DNA of 64,000 nt from Octopus vulgaris (taxonomy: Eukaryota), in assembly GCA_951406725.2 (NCBI GenBank), contig OX597821.1:27838001-27902000 (forward strand), in the 5' to 3' direction. How positions within the stretch are numbered: the first letter of the stretch is position 1; each line of letters opens with the position of its first letter. Below the pieces are notes generated by a model. It ran no database searches, was not told the DNA's origin, and was given only the letters and a program-made list of their open reading frames with translations. The translations under genes were made by a program, and so were the position numbers. Positions 1-11,636 of this stretch are shown here, piece by piece.

Positions 1-449
1 ATAATTTAGCTCTCTGTCCTCTATTCATATGCCACTTTCGGTTTGAGTTGAGTAATACGCAACACATGCAATACTAAATTAATGGCAATATTTTGGCACG
101 AGACGGTTCGATATTACAACATGCAATAACTGCCATATACGTATAACTGCATATAAGTATAAGAATGATATTAATTCAATGTAAGAGATGTTATAGAAAT
201 CTAAGCCCTGTATATACATGTATATATAGACGTGTATATATGTATATATAACCGTGTATATATGTATATCTAGATATTCAGCTGCCTGCTGACTTACCTA
301 CGACATTTCCAACCTACCTATCTTCCTCCCTTTTCCTACCTACCTACTCTCGTTCTTGTCCTTCTATCTATGTATTTATGTATGTATGTACGTATGTATG
401 CATATATGTATGTATATATCTATTTGTCTCTCTCTGTTTGTCTGACCCG

Positions 450-519
<70 letters not shown>

Positions 520-522
<3 letters not shown>

Positions 523-677
523 TGTAAAATAATATGTGACAGTTATTCGGTAGCCAAGATAAAACTCTGAGTTTCGGATGCCGGGGTGGAAATCCACACC
601 ACCATCTGTTCAGTTATCTGGCCAACTCAGAGTTTTATCTTGGCTACCGAATAATTGTCACATATTATTTTACAGAT
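520..677. repeat. Fold-back inverted repeat (arms 520-573 / 624-677) next to (TA)n; degenerate hammerhead on minus strand
   Basis: atctgtaaaataatatgtgacagttattcggtagccaagataaaactctgagtt is the reverse complement of 624-677 with 1 mismatch; minus strand reads gataa-CTGAACA-gatg...catc-c-GAAACTCAGAGTT-ttatc. Confidence 0.85.
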
Positions 678-739
678 AAATTTCCTCTTTTTACATAATA
701 CTGAGGTCTCTTTCTTTCTTTTGCCTAAGGTCTTATTAA

Positions 740-800
740 TCCTAGTACTTATTCTAATGGCCTCTTTTGCAGAACCGCTACGTTACGGGAACGTAGACAC
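740..800 (-). mobile_element. Fragment of SINE family C
   Basis: ctagtacttattct...cttttgcagaaccgctacgttacggg matches the internal part of the copies at 35165 and 58155. Confidence 0.6.
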
Positions 801-1141
801 ACAAATCTCTTCCCAGACACAACAGAAAAAGAGGAGAGCAACAAAATACTAGACAATTTCTTAAACGAAGTCCATCACAATGAAACCCAATATGTGCTTT
901 TCAACAATTATAACACATATATAAAAGAAGCTGATAAGCGAAATGCTGTAGTTCTTATAAATATAGAACAACATAATTATATTTTGATAAGAGAAGACCT
1001 GTAGTCATTATGAATATGGAACAATACAAAATGCCGCATTCGCTCTCTCTAGCTCTCCTCTTATAATTACACACACACACACACACATGTATATATATAT
1101 ATATATTTACACACACACACATACACACATATATATATATA

Positions 1142-1429
1142 TATGAATAAATGAAAGAATGGAGTCGAACGACGATTTTAACAAAATTCCTTTACTCTCG
1201 ACATATGTTTCGAAGACTGCATATTCTTAATTCCGAAGGAATTTTGTTAAAATCGTCGTTCGACTCCATTCTTTCATTTATTCATAGTTAAAAAAAACAC
1301 ACAAATTCCCACACGAGAATACGGGATTTCTGCCCTTGGCATGTAGCTTCAACCGTGTTTTCTGACTTGAATTTGCTACCCGGGTATCGGTCAACCGAAT
1401 TATCCATACTAGGATAATTCATTCACCTA

Positions 1430-1432
<3 letters not shown>
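1142..1432. mobile_element. Fold-back PLE-like terminal remnant (arms 1142-1192 / 1236-1286) between (TA)n tracts
   Basis: 51-bp inverted arms; the spacer on the minus strand contains the hammerhead 3' half gtcttc-GAAAC-ATAT-GTC. Confidence 0.8.
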
Positions 1433-1478
<46 letters not shown>

Positions 1479-1559
1479 CAATGTGTGTGCATAAATGTGT
1501 GTGCATAAATGTGTGAATCATCATCCATTAGGAAATTGTGAACAACTAACAAAGTGAAC

Positions 1560-2010
1560 AAAGAACGGTGCTTAAAATTAACATTCTCATAGTGCATCAC
1601 GGAAAGGGCTTAACTAAGGCAGAAATCTATTATCTAGATTATCTACCAAACATTATATTCAAGACCAGTTTTTCCTGCGGACTTCCCAAAATGCACAAAA
1701 ATAAAGTAATGAAAGCTGTCCTGCAAAGAATCATACTCAGTCTACATAAACATGCCAGTTTTGAAGTTCCTCAAAGTAAGAACAATTGAGGCAGCCCCAG
1801 CTTGTGATACTCACAGACAACAAATCCATTCACACATTGTTAAAGTCGTTTTACAAATTAAAGCCGTCTCCCGAAAAAACTTAACTGGAATAGCATAATC
1901 GCTTCATTTGATGTAGTAACTCTAAATAGTACTACCCCACACAAGTACGGTGTAGAGGAGATGGACTTTTGGCTAAGAAAATTTCCTCAAAAAATTTCAA
2001 ACCAAATTTA
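1560..2010 (+). pseudogene. Penelope-like retroelement reverse transcriptase fragment, degraded
   Basis: ORF 1568-1789 contains KTSFSCGLPKMHK (PLE FYGLPKIHK motif); downstream ASFDVVTL (RT motif A) at about 1901-1924; frameshifted. Confidence 0.75.
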
Positions 2011-2017
2011 TCAGGAC

Positions 2018-2170
2018 GAAGGCCTGGCTGTGAAGTAAGAATTATTTACCCCAGCCACAAGGCGTCTGGTTCAATTCCGCACTTTGGCAAATGTTTTTCG
2101 CTATAACCTCGGGCCATCAGCAGCTTTCAAGATATATTTAGTTGACGGAGCTGAAAGGAGCTCATCATAT
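2018..2170 (+). mobile_element. Degraded 5' part of SINE family C
   Basis: ggctgtgaagtaaga...ggttcaattcc...ctttggcaaatgtttttcgctataacctcgggcc matches the reverse complement of the 35430-35586 head. Confidence 0.6.
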
Positions 2171-2464
2171 TCCATTGGACACATGAGCATAAATAATTCT
2201 CCCAAATTTGTTCTCTTCTAACTCTATCAGTATGCAGTCTATGCCTCAAGCCAAACAAGAATTAAATTCCTATCCTTGAAGGAAACGAAATCGTCCATGA
2301 ATATCCCCACCTCCACTCTTGGATAAATCACGAATCGGAACAAGTGATAATCCGAGTGGGATATTTTCCCGCAAGGATAACGTGCATAAGCAGTGGTGAT
2401 GCATGACTATCAGAAACTGTGGCCAAACATGGGCGTTTCGGACACAGGATAATTCCATGCGCTG

Positions 2465-2926
2465 CTAGGATTATGAGGTAATAATTCAGCGCAAGTTCGT
2501 TCCAGTCGGTCAAACCATCTATGCGAATGTGTACCCCCAAAGAACTTGAGCAGATGTACAAAAGATACAAAAGATAGGCTCGTCTACAGCATGACAGCAC
2601 AAGAACTCGAACAGACGGAACGACCCTGAATAAACTCCAAGAACTTTAGAGAATGGAACTGATGTTACCAGCAACATGTAGTTCGGATCTAGCTACCCCG
2701 TATTATTACTTATTTCGGTCTACACTCGCGACGATGTATCAACCGAAAGGAGTTGGCAGCTTCAGTGAATGAAATGTTCACCATGGAAGGCAAGTCCTGG
2801 CATGAGCGTGGGATTCAGACGATGCCATACGGTGGCCTCAACTAGAAATGGTTCGCTGCTTTTGTTGTAACTCAACGAATAAAGCAAATAATTTACCAAC
2901 ATATTGCAAGGCTTTTGATACACCAC
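2465..2926 (+). mobile_element. Degraded mariner fragment
   Basis: gattatgaggtaataattcagcgcaagttcgttccagtcggtcaaaccatc translates to DYEVIIQRKFVPVGQTI (mariner EFVPxGQTVN region); TIR-like end before (TA)n. Confidence 0.45.
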
Positions 2927-2927
2927 C

Positions 2928-3008
<81 letters not shown>

Positions 3009-3271
3009 TAATAATGAAGAAATAAATAGTATAGTTATCCACTTTATACAGCCCAACAAATTAGAGCTCCAATGGAGCTTCAGGAGTATATAAAAATTAG
3101 AAGGTTAGGAATAATTTCAAAGGTCTCTGAAAATATTCAAATTATCGAAATTCTCCACAGTATACAATATAAAATATACATATAATTAAGATTTTAATTA
3201 CATCATCAGCATGAAGTATATGATTAAACTAAATTGTTTTTTTTTAATTCTCAAACCTCTCATATCGATTT

Positions 3272-3370
3272 AAATCTTAACTCTGATAAGTGAAGTATAC
3301 ATAATTGCTATGGTTGGATTTAGCTCGCCCATATCAACCTATATCTTCTCGAAACGGCAGTAAGGATTCG
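3272..3370 (+). ncRNA. Degenerate type-I hammerhead-like motif with long stem II
   Basis: CTGATAA (3283-3289), gtgaagtata...tatatcttctc, GAAAC-GGCA-GTA (3351-3362); core has a G-to-A change and stem I is weak. Confidence 0.45.
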
Positions 3371-3730
3371 TCACGAATCATTTTATACTAATTTTCTTAT
3401 CTATCCTCCACCGTGATTCTAATACGCACATTCGGACTTAGCAAGTATATCTATGTACTTATATTTATGTGTTTATATATTTATGAATTTTTATTTGTTT
3501 GTAACTTTTTATAATTTTATGAATGTTTATATGTGTTTATAAATTCCCATAACTTTTATCGCATCTCATATATATGAACGCATGTATGTATGTTGTTTAA
3601 TGTGGACGATTTCGATAGTTTGAAACTGATTGAATTATATATATATATACATATACACACACGCGCGCACACATACATGCACACAAGCACACACACATAC
3701 GCGCACACACACACACACACACACACATAC

Positions 3731-3775
<45 letters not shown>

Positions 3776-4841
3776 TCTGTAATTTATAGCTAATATTTAT
3801 AATCACCTAAATATGGGAGTTCTGCTAGAATATAGGCTAGTGCTATATTTATCATCAGGGATTCTCGCAAATGCCTAGAAGCACTCGTGTTTATATGACT
3901 AGTCTGTAATCGATGCTGAGTCTGAAAATCACGTGACTTCAATCTTCTGTGGCCTTGTCAACGGCTGCAGCCCGCGTATAGTGATAACAGCGACCTCCAG
4001 TAATCTCCCGTAATAGAATGTCAGTGTCTGTTGATGCACTGGTGGCCCGAATAACCAGTGGACATATTAAATTCAATTGCACGAGATGCAGTGTTAATAC
4101 CAAAGAATAATATTTATATCTACACAAATAAAACATATACATGTACAGTAAATATACGAATATAATAAATATAATATATTAAAGAATAACAATGAAATAT
4201 TTCATATTTTTATAATTATCTGCTGATTGATACTTCTCATAGTTTAACCATTAAATGGAACTGTGACACTTCTGAAGCTTGAATATGCGAATAAAGAGTG
4301 TAGAATATTTTCCTTCAAGGTAGTTAACAAACTAAATGTTTAAATGTATATAAACTAAATAACTGGAGACGAAGAAGAACATTGGAGTTAGAACCGCGGG
4401 TTAAAATTATTGTTACGGGGAAGAGGCAAAAACAGACTATTGAATATCAAAATGAAATAATTTAGACGGCAAATTGTATACAGGTCATCCAAGATTAGAT
4501 TCGACATAAATAGATGTGGCAAACTCAAAGTATATTGAAAATGGACTGATGTATAGAATAATTAAATTCTAAAGAAGGAAGTGACATAGATTTATGTGAC
4601 GAACCATCTTCACATACCGTAAAGGTTATGTGTGTGTTCGTGCTGCAGCTGACATATTAAATGTATAGTTCTGCTAGTGTATATGTTGAGCAGGGAAGGA
4701 CTAGCTCTACTATTTCTCTCCCTGCTCCTCTCTCGACTTCTCTTTGTGTGTGTGTGTATATATATCAGTTGAATATGGTACTTAAGTTAAAGGCATCAGA
4801 ATTTCGTATGGTATTATCCATATAATTCAAAATGGGGTGAT

Positions 4842-4891
4842 TATAATCAAAATAAGCAACAAGGAAATCCTTGTTGCTTATTTTGATTATA
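4842..4891. repeat. Perfect 24-bp-arm hairpin with 2-nt loop
   Basis: tataatcaaaataagcaacaagga AA tccttgttgcttattttgattata. Confidence 0.9.
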
Positions 4892-4894
4892 TAA

Positions 4895-4930
<36 letters not shown>

Positions 4931-4931
<1 letters not shown>

Positions 4932-5227
4932 GCGGCGCAATGGCCCAGTAGTTAGAGCAGCGGACTCGTGGTTGTAGGATCGCGGTTTCGATTCTCAGAC
5001 CGGGAGTTGTGTGTGTTTATTGAGCGAAAACACCTAAAGCTCCACAAGGCTCCAGCAGGGGGTGGTGGAGATCCCTGCTGTACCCTTTCACCCCAACTTT
5101 CCCTCACTCTTTCTTCTGTTGGCCTGCTCACTTAGCCAGCGGGGTGGCGTCATTTGAAGGCTAAAACAATGCGAAGCGCATTGTGACCAGCGATGTGTAG
5201 CAACATCTGATGACCTGGTCGGTCACG
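4931..5227 (+). mobile_element. tRNA-derived SINE, family A, full length
   Basis: A-box-like tggcccagtag and B-box-like ggtttcgattc head; homologous copies at 29623, 53290 and 62316; lies between (TG)n and (TA)n. Confidence 0.85.
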
Positions 5228-5272
<45 letters not shown>

Positions 5273-5577
5273 ATATGATTTACCTTATTAAACAGAGTTC
5301 TTCAAATTCATTCATTCCTATTTATGTAAGTGGAGGAGATTAGATGTTAAACTAGATTATAGTTTTTATTAATCATGTTGCTATACAATTCGTTTCATAC
5401 AGAAAGACAGAGATAATCATAATTGAATATCTGAGTTGTCAGAAAGTACTCGTCGGTAGCTTGGATAAAAACTAAAAAAAAACGTTAGAAGTACATAGGT
5501 TTGGTGTTATTAATCACGTTATAACGTGTTTTTATTCTTGGAGTCGTGTATATTTTAAACATGACTAAGAAATATAA

Positions 5578-6166
5578 TGATAAATCTCAGAGCGAGATTT
5601 ACCTATCATCAGCGTGTGACAATCATAGTTGTCGACGAGAATTCAGTTTCCCTCACAAATACATATACTTTTTCCAGTGTCGATTGACACTGATATTGAA
5701 AAAGTGAAATCAAACAATGATAAATCTCAGAGCGAGTTATAAACAGTAGCGGTAACACATCGTGACGCATATTTGCAATTTGAATATGGCTAACCCCTAA
5801 GGGTGGATGCTACTGTAGTTTGTAGCCCCAGGAAGATATCTCCTCCAGCTGGCTATAGACACACTATCTGTGCCCTATCAGTATTTGTGAAGGGAAGTCA
5901 TCCTTCCCGTCTTCAACTTATGATTCACACGGACTCGAGTTTCAACTATGATTGTCACACGCTGATGATAGGTAAACACCTTGAAACTCGAGTCCGTGTG
6001 TATCATAAGTTGAAGACGGGAAGGATGACTTCCCTTCACAAATACTGATAGGGCACAGATAGTGTGTCTATAGCCAGCTGGAGGAGATATCTTCCTGGGG
6101 CTACAAACTACAGTAGCATCCACCCTTAGGGGTTAGCCATATTCAAATGGCAAATATGCGTCACGA
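5578..6166. mobile_element. Non-autonomous PLE-like fold-back insertion with 12-bp TSD and 187-bp inverted arms
   Basis: TSD taagaaatataa at 5566-5577 and 6167-6178; arms 5759-5945 / 5981-6167 with 2 mismatches. Confidence 0.85.
5956..6000 (+). ncRNA. Minimal type-I hammerhead ribozyme
   Basis: stem I cacacg/cgtgtg; core CTGATGA 5962-5968; stem II aggt-aaac-acct; GAAA 5983-5986; stem III with palindromic TCGA loop; GTC triplet, predicted cut after 5994. Confidence 0.85.
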
Positions 6167-7399
6167 TAAGAAATATAAATTGGGTGCTAATATATATAAT
6201 GATATTGAAATATTAAACGCTGACATTCTCTCTATGGGTTCCTGTATATGTGCTTATCTAAACTTATGTAAAAGAAGTAAAATAACTGGTGAGCCTGTAT
6301 TATGTTAGGATAGGAAATACATATAAAGAAGTACAGAATTTTCAAATGCAAAAAAATGTCATTACGACTTAATAAATAATTAGAAAAAATGCTTGATAGT
6401 AATCACTAATAATTTCAGGCTTATAAAATTTATAATTAAATTATTTATTGTAAATAATAGATCTTCTATTCATAGAAAAAATGCGTATAATATTTCGCAA
6501 TTTATTATCTAGTCAGAGTATAGAAAAGTTATAAGAAGGTTTTGGAGTAGATACTAAAGGTTAAAAGTAAAATTGAAGATGAGTGGGAATTTAATTACGT
6601 TAGCAGCAGCTAAACGTATATAATTCTAGAGAGCGGTATAAAAAAGTTTTTGTTTTTAGTAAATATCAAAAAAATTATTATTTATATTATTAATATAATT
6701 GTAGAGAAATTTATCACACAAAACTGGTGTAGGAGAGATAATGATGAATTGGAAAAAAAAACGATCGTACATATGTTTTTTTTAAAATAAGAAATAAATT
6801 GGTTGACATCAGATATACATGAATATGTACAATCAAATTTTTGTTTTACATACATAGGTTTATGTGTATACATACCGGTACAGCCAGATGTACATATCCA
6901 CACGTTTGTTAGTAGATAAAAAAGCGCATACAAATGAATACTTACGTAAATATACATACATATACTAACATATACAAACAACAATATTTACACATACAGA
7001 ACTTAATGTACGTACGAATACATGCATACCTACCAATATCCTGCTATATACCTTTTATACATACAATACGCACACATATTTACACTTATGATGGTAAATT
7101 AAGGCTTATATAGCGGCCTAAGGGCATATATGCCCATGTAAATGTACATACGTACATATAGACATTATAAAAATCCTACAAAAAATATCAAAAAGATTTA
7201 TTTATGTGATTAGTGTATATTGTAACTGGACATTTAAGTATATATTATATGTATACAAAAGAAGTGCGCATTTATCGTTTCATGCGACTACATTTAATTG
7301 AACAATGCAAACATTACATCAATTTAAAATGTAGAGCAACCTTCAGTTACATAAGAATATAGAATTCAGTTAAATTCGAAGGACTCATTGGTGTAATTT

Positions 7400-7705
7400 T
7401 CTTTTTATCCTTTCATCATTTCGGGGTCGATAAATTAAGTACCAGTTACAACTTAATCCCTTTGTCTGTACTTGTTTGTCTCTCTCTATGTTTAGCCCCC
7501 TATGTAGGCAATAAAGAAATAAGAAACGTTAGCACGCCGGGCGAAGTGCTTAGCGGGATTTCTTCTGGCTTTCAGTTCTGAGTTCAAATTTCGCCGATAT
7601 CGACTTTGCCTTTCATCCTTTCGATGTACCAGCTGCGTACTGGATCGATCTAATCGACTTTCCCCCTACCCCAATATTTCGGGCCTTGTACCTAGAGGAG
7701 AAAAG
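7400..7705 (+). mobile_element. SINE family B (Nin-domain-like), composite copy
   Basis: cgactttgcctttcatcctttcggggtcgataaattaagtacc module, present twice; homologous to the copy at 24162. Confidence 0.8.
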
Positions 7706-8733
7706 AATATTTTGAAGGACGAGACAAAATAATCTAGAAAGACCTGACGGTAACACATTTCTTGCAACTTCCTGTATATTCCTGTTCTGTTTTGAAAACG
7801 AGGAAGCTTTCTCTAAATAGCTTACATTGTGAAACCAACTCCAAACGGTAAAGAAATATCTTATCCATTTTCTTTTATATATTCATATTACCTTATAAAT
7901 TTTGCTCAAATAATGTCCCAACCGTTTTTATAGAATATCTGCCTGTTAAGTTTGTTGCAACCACATTTAGAAATCTATTAGAATGTTACTAGATTCCCCA
8001 TGAATTGATTTCCCGTATTGCTTCAATCAATATTTCGTTCATGAAACTTTATATGGAAAGTTCATAAGAGTAACAATTTCTCATTTGGGTCAAATATTTG
8101 GGGGATATGGCAAGACATTTATTGGCATACATACAAAATGACGTTGTTAGCCAGTGACTGGAAAGTTTGTGGTCACTGTCATGTTAAATACAAATATTTC
8201 TTAAATTTTGTTTGCATACTGTGTGCGTTTGCTAATAAAGCTGAGATCTCGAAAGATCTTGTACTGAATTCTTTCAGGCTAAAAGCGCATGTTTTACATC
8301 GCGAATATTTGCGTATAGTAGACAACTGTCAAGCATTAACTAAATTGTAATACTCTAGAAATACTCTAGCTTTCTAATGATGCTCGTCCTACGAATTGCC
8401 AGCACAATGCCACCAATCAAACTATATATAGAAAAGAGGATAATTTATGAAGGCTTACGCTACCGTGACATCATTAGTAATAGCAAAGCAAAGCGTAGAA
8501 TCTAAAGCAGAATAAAATTAAGATATAGACGTCGATTAACAGTCACTTGGAATTTTGGTTAACTACTTAGTTCTATTCAATTATGAAGTGTGTCGCATCT
8601 CTTAAGACATAAATTCATATTTAATAAGATCAAGTAAACGATCTTGTTTAAAATAATCAAGAACCTTTAACACATAAAGGAATTCTTCAAATCCAACTTC
8701 ATTGCTCTACATTTTTTCATGTACGGAAACAAG

Positions 8734-8903
8734 TGCAGTATTTAGCGGACAGGTAACTGGCACCGGTACATCACATTTGATGGGTATTCGTTTAGATTTA
8801 GTGCAAAGTCTTATGTTTGTTTGGCGGGAATTATACTTCAGTTAACAAATATGCGAATGGGCATAACGATTGCTTTTCTGTATGTATCATGAGTATGGCA
8901 AAG
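8734..8903 (+). pseudogene. Possible decayed VWD-domain exon
   Basis: reads GNWHRYITFDGYSFRFSAKSYVCLA, resembling the VWD N-terminal HYxTFDG..F...CSYVLA motif; ends at a strong donor AAG|GTAAGT; an upstream stop and frameshifts are needed. Confidence 0.35.
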
Positions 8904-10379
8904 GTAAGTGCTCTTCTCTATTTCTTCAAACAATCGCATCGTCCATTTAAACCCACAGAGCAGATCCAGTAGGACGTTCGTGGCTCTTTTGTGTAACATA
9001 CTTTTCAATGCATACTTACATATTTTAGTTAGATTCTTTGAGATATAGTTTTATAGTAATCACAAAGCATTACAACCATTAAGAGATCAGCATGATTATT
9101 AAATTTTAAAAAAGCTTGTTGATTAAGAGGCCATTTTCTAAAATACATGAATTATTTAAATACAAAATAATTAGTACCATCTAAAACGTATAACTGCAAA
9201 TGAAAAACGCAAGTTAGATATATGTATTACATGAGACGTTTGGTTCCCCCCGAATCACGTTTGAAGGAAATTCGTCCTGCACCAGTATTGCATTTTATTG
9301 ATTCCGAGAAGATATAATTTCGATTTTTTTCTAGGTGGGAGAGATCTATTAGATATACTCTATTGAAGGAATAGTTTGATTGATTATAATAACTAATATT
9401 GCAGACAACTGGATACATGGATATATCGACGTTAATTTCATATACTCGATCTCGTTACAATCCGTTAATGGTTAAGTTCATTCCGACACCACAAAAATTG
9501 TTAATCTATGTACTTCGTGTCAAAAATTATCCCAGTCGTGTATTGGAAATCTGCCATATTAGGGATTTCAAATTCTACACGTAATATTAGACAAGGAACA
9601 CATCATGTACAAACCTGTCATTTTGTATTTGTGTAATCTCCAAAGCAAATATCCTAATCATTGTGTTAATTAATTTTCCACAGAGGGCGTAAGTACTTTT
9701 ACGTCAAACTACAAATCTCCACGTACCTGAATGATTTCTCGTCAACGTAATGAAGGTGATGAATGAAGTTCTGAAATTGGAGTTCCGTCAAAATGTAATG
9801 TGGAAGAAAGATATCGCAATGAGACATTCTGCATTATATTAGGAATCTCAGCACATGATGGAGCCTCAGTCTATAATTATAAATTTCAGTATACGACATG
9901 ACAATCTAAATTAGCAGTTATATATAGACTATGGTATTAGTATGACTAAAAATTTTAATGGGTATATAACTGACATTAGTGTGGATTTGATATAATTATC
10001 GACATGATATCCATAACTGACTAAGTACAATCTCCGTAATTTAAACAACTTAATCTTTCCATCATATGTCTGGGCTAGCCCTTGAATTTCGCGAGTAGAA
10101 CTTCGGATCATTTACCGTTAACAAAGTATAGTTTCTGCAAAACAATCATAAATTTTCATCTAAATACAAAGTAAAATGACTAATCTTTATCAGGTTTTAC
10201 TGAATTGTCGACAGTATACATAATAAATCATATAATCTAGGAGAAATCAGTGTGTGTAATGGCTGAAATAGAATAAAACCTGAGGTCGGTTTCTGCGACG
10301 GAAATCCTTTAAGGTGGAGTTCCAGAATGTCTAAAGTCCAATGACAAAGACAGATAGGAAAATAAAAGAATACATATTC

Positions 10380-10747
10380 TTTTATTTGTTTCACTCATTC
10401 CACTGCGGGTATGCTAGAACACCGCCTTTAGTCGAACGAATCGATCCCAGAACTTATTCTTTGTAAGCCTATTACTTATTCTATCGATCTATTTTGCCGA
10501 ACCGCTATGTTACGGGTACGCAGACACGCCAACATCGGTTTTCAAGCGATGGTGGGGGAACAAACACAGACACAAGCATATCCACATATACGTATGTATA
10601 AATACACACATTCATATATATACGACAGGATTCTTTCAGTTTCCATCTACCAAATCCTCTCAGAGGACTTCAGTCGGCCCGTGGCTATAGTAGGAGATAC
10701 TCGCCCAAGCTGTCACGCAATGGGACTGAACCTTGAACCATGCGGTT

Positions 10748-10750
<3 letters not shown>
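10380..10750 (-). mobile_element. SINE family C (CORE-like), 5' truncated
   Basis: colinear with 35165-35586 and 58155-58538. Confidence 0.8.
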
Positions 10751-10806
<56 letters not shown>

Positions 10807-11020
10807 GTATATTTCAGATTAACATTGTTAACATTTCATTCATTACCTGATCAATGCAGCTAGCACATACAATGCTGGCATCAGTCTCTAATCTGTAGTT
10901 GTGTGGCATCTTTACGATAAGCGTAGTGTTAAACGATGTGCAAGTTTCGTATTACATATCAATATACCCAACGAGACTCACACTCAAATATATTTATATA
11001 TATGTATATATATATATGTA

Positions 11021-11053
<33 letters not shown>

Positions 11054-11074
11054 GCATATAGATATACATATATA

Positions 11075-11454
11075 TCTCTCTATATATAAACGGCAGTTTG
11101 TCTGTGCGTGTTTCTGTGTGTCTGTTTTCTCGTACCCTCACCCTGACCACGGCTTTCAACCGATTCTGATGAAACTTGACACACACATAGCCCAATGTCA
11201 TAATTCAAAACTAATGCAGCGAAAATTTTGAAAAGTTAACCCCAGTTCTGAAAAAATCGATAAATTCGACATGGGGTCGAGAATAAAAAAAAACACCACA
11301 GACTGTCTAGGGGACGCAACTCAACCTTTTTTTACTCTCAAAAAAAAATTTACCATAATTTTTTTATTTTTTGCTATTTTTTGGCTATAACTCTCTAAAA
11401 ATGCTTTATAGTTATTTCCCTTACAAACCTGAGCAACGCCGGGCGATACTATAG
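11075..11454 (+). mobile_element. Non-autonomous Helitron
   Basis: 5' A|TC...tatatataaa; 3' hairpin cctgagcaacgccggg then ATAG|T (CTAG variant); 3' ~70 bp shared with the 22384 element. Confidence 0.75.
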
Positions 11455-11472
11455 TGTATATATATATGTATA

Positions 11473-11555
<83 letters not shown>

Positions 11556-11636
11556 GCATACATACATACGTACGTACATACATACATGCATACATGCATA
11601 CATACATACATACATACATATATAAATACAAAATTT

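Noticed and set aside
4931-5002. tRNA gene candidates in SINE heads (also 17985-18050 and 62316)
   Set aside because: No complete cloverleaf or Pol III terminator; they continue into repeat bodies
5803-6123. Twin 81-aa ORFs on opposite strands with near-identical translation
   Set aside because: A consequence of the inverted repeat; GTG starts and no recognisable domain
7720-8350. Possible decayed coding sequence (RT-like on minus, host-like on plus)
   Set aside because: No motif convincing enough on either strand
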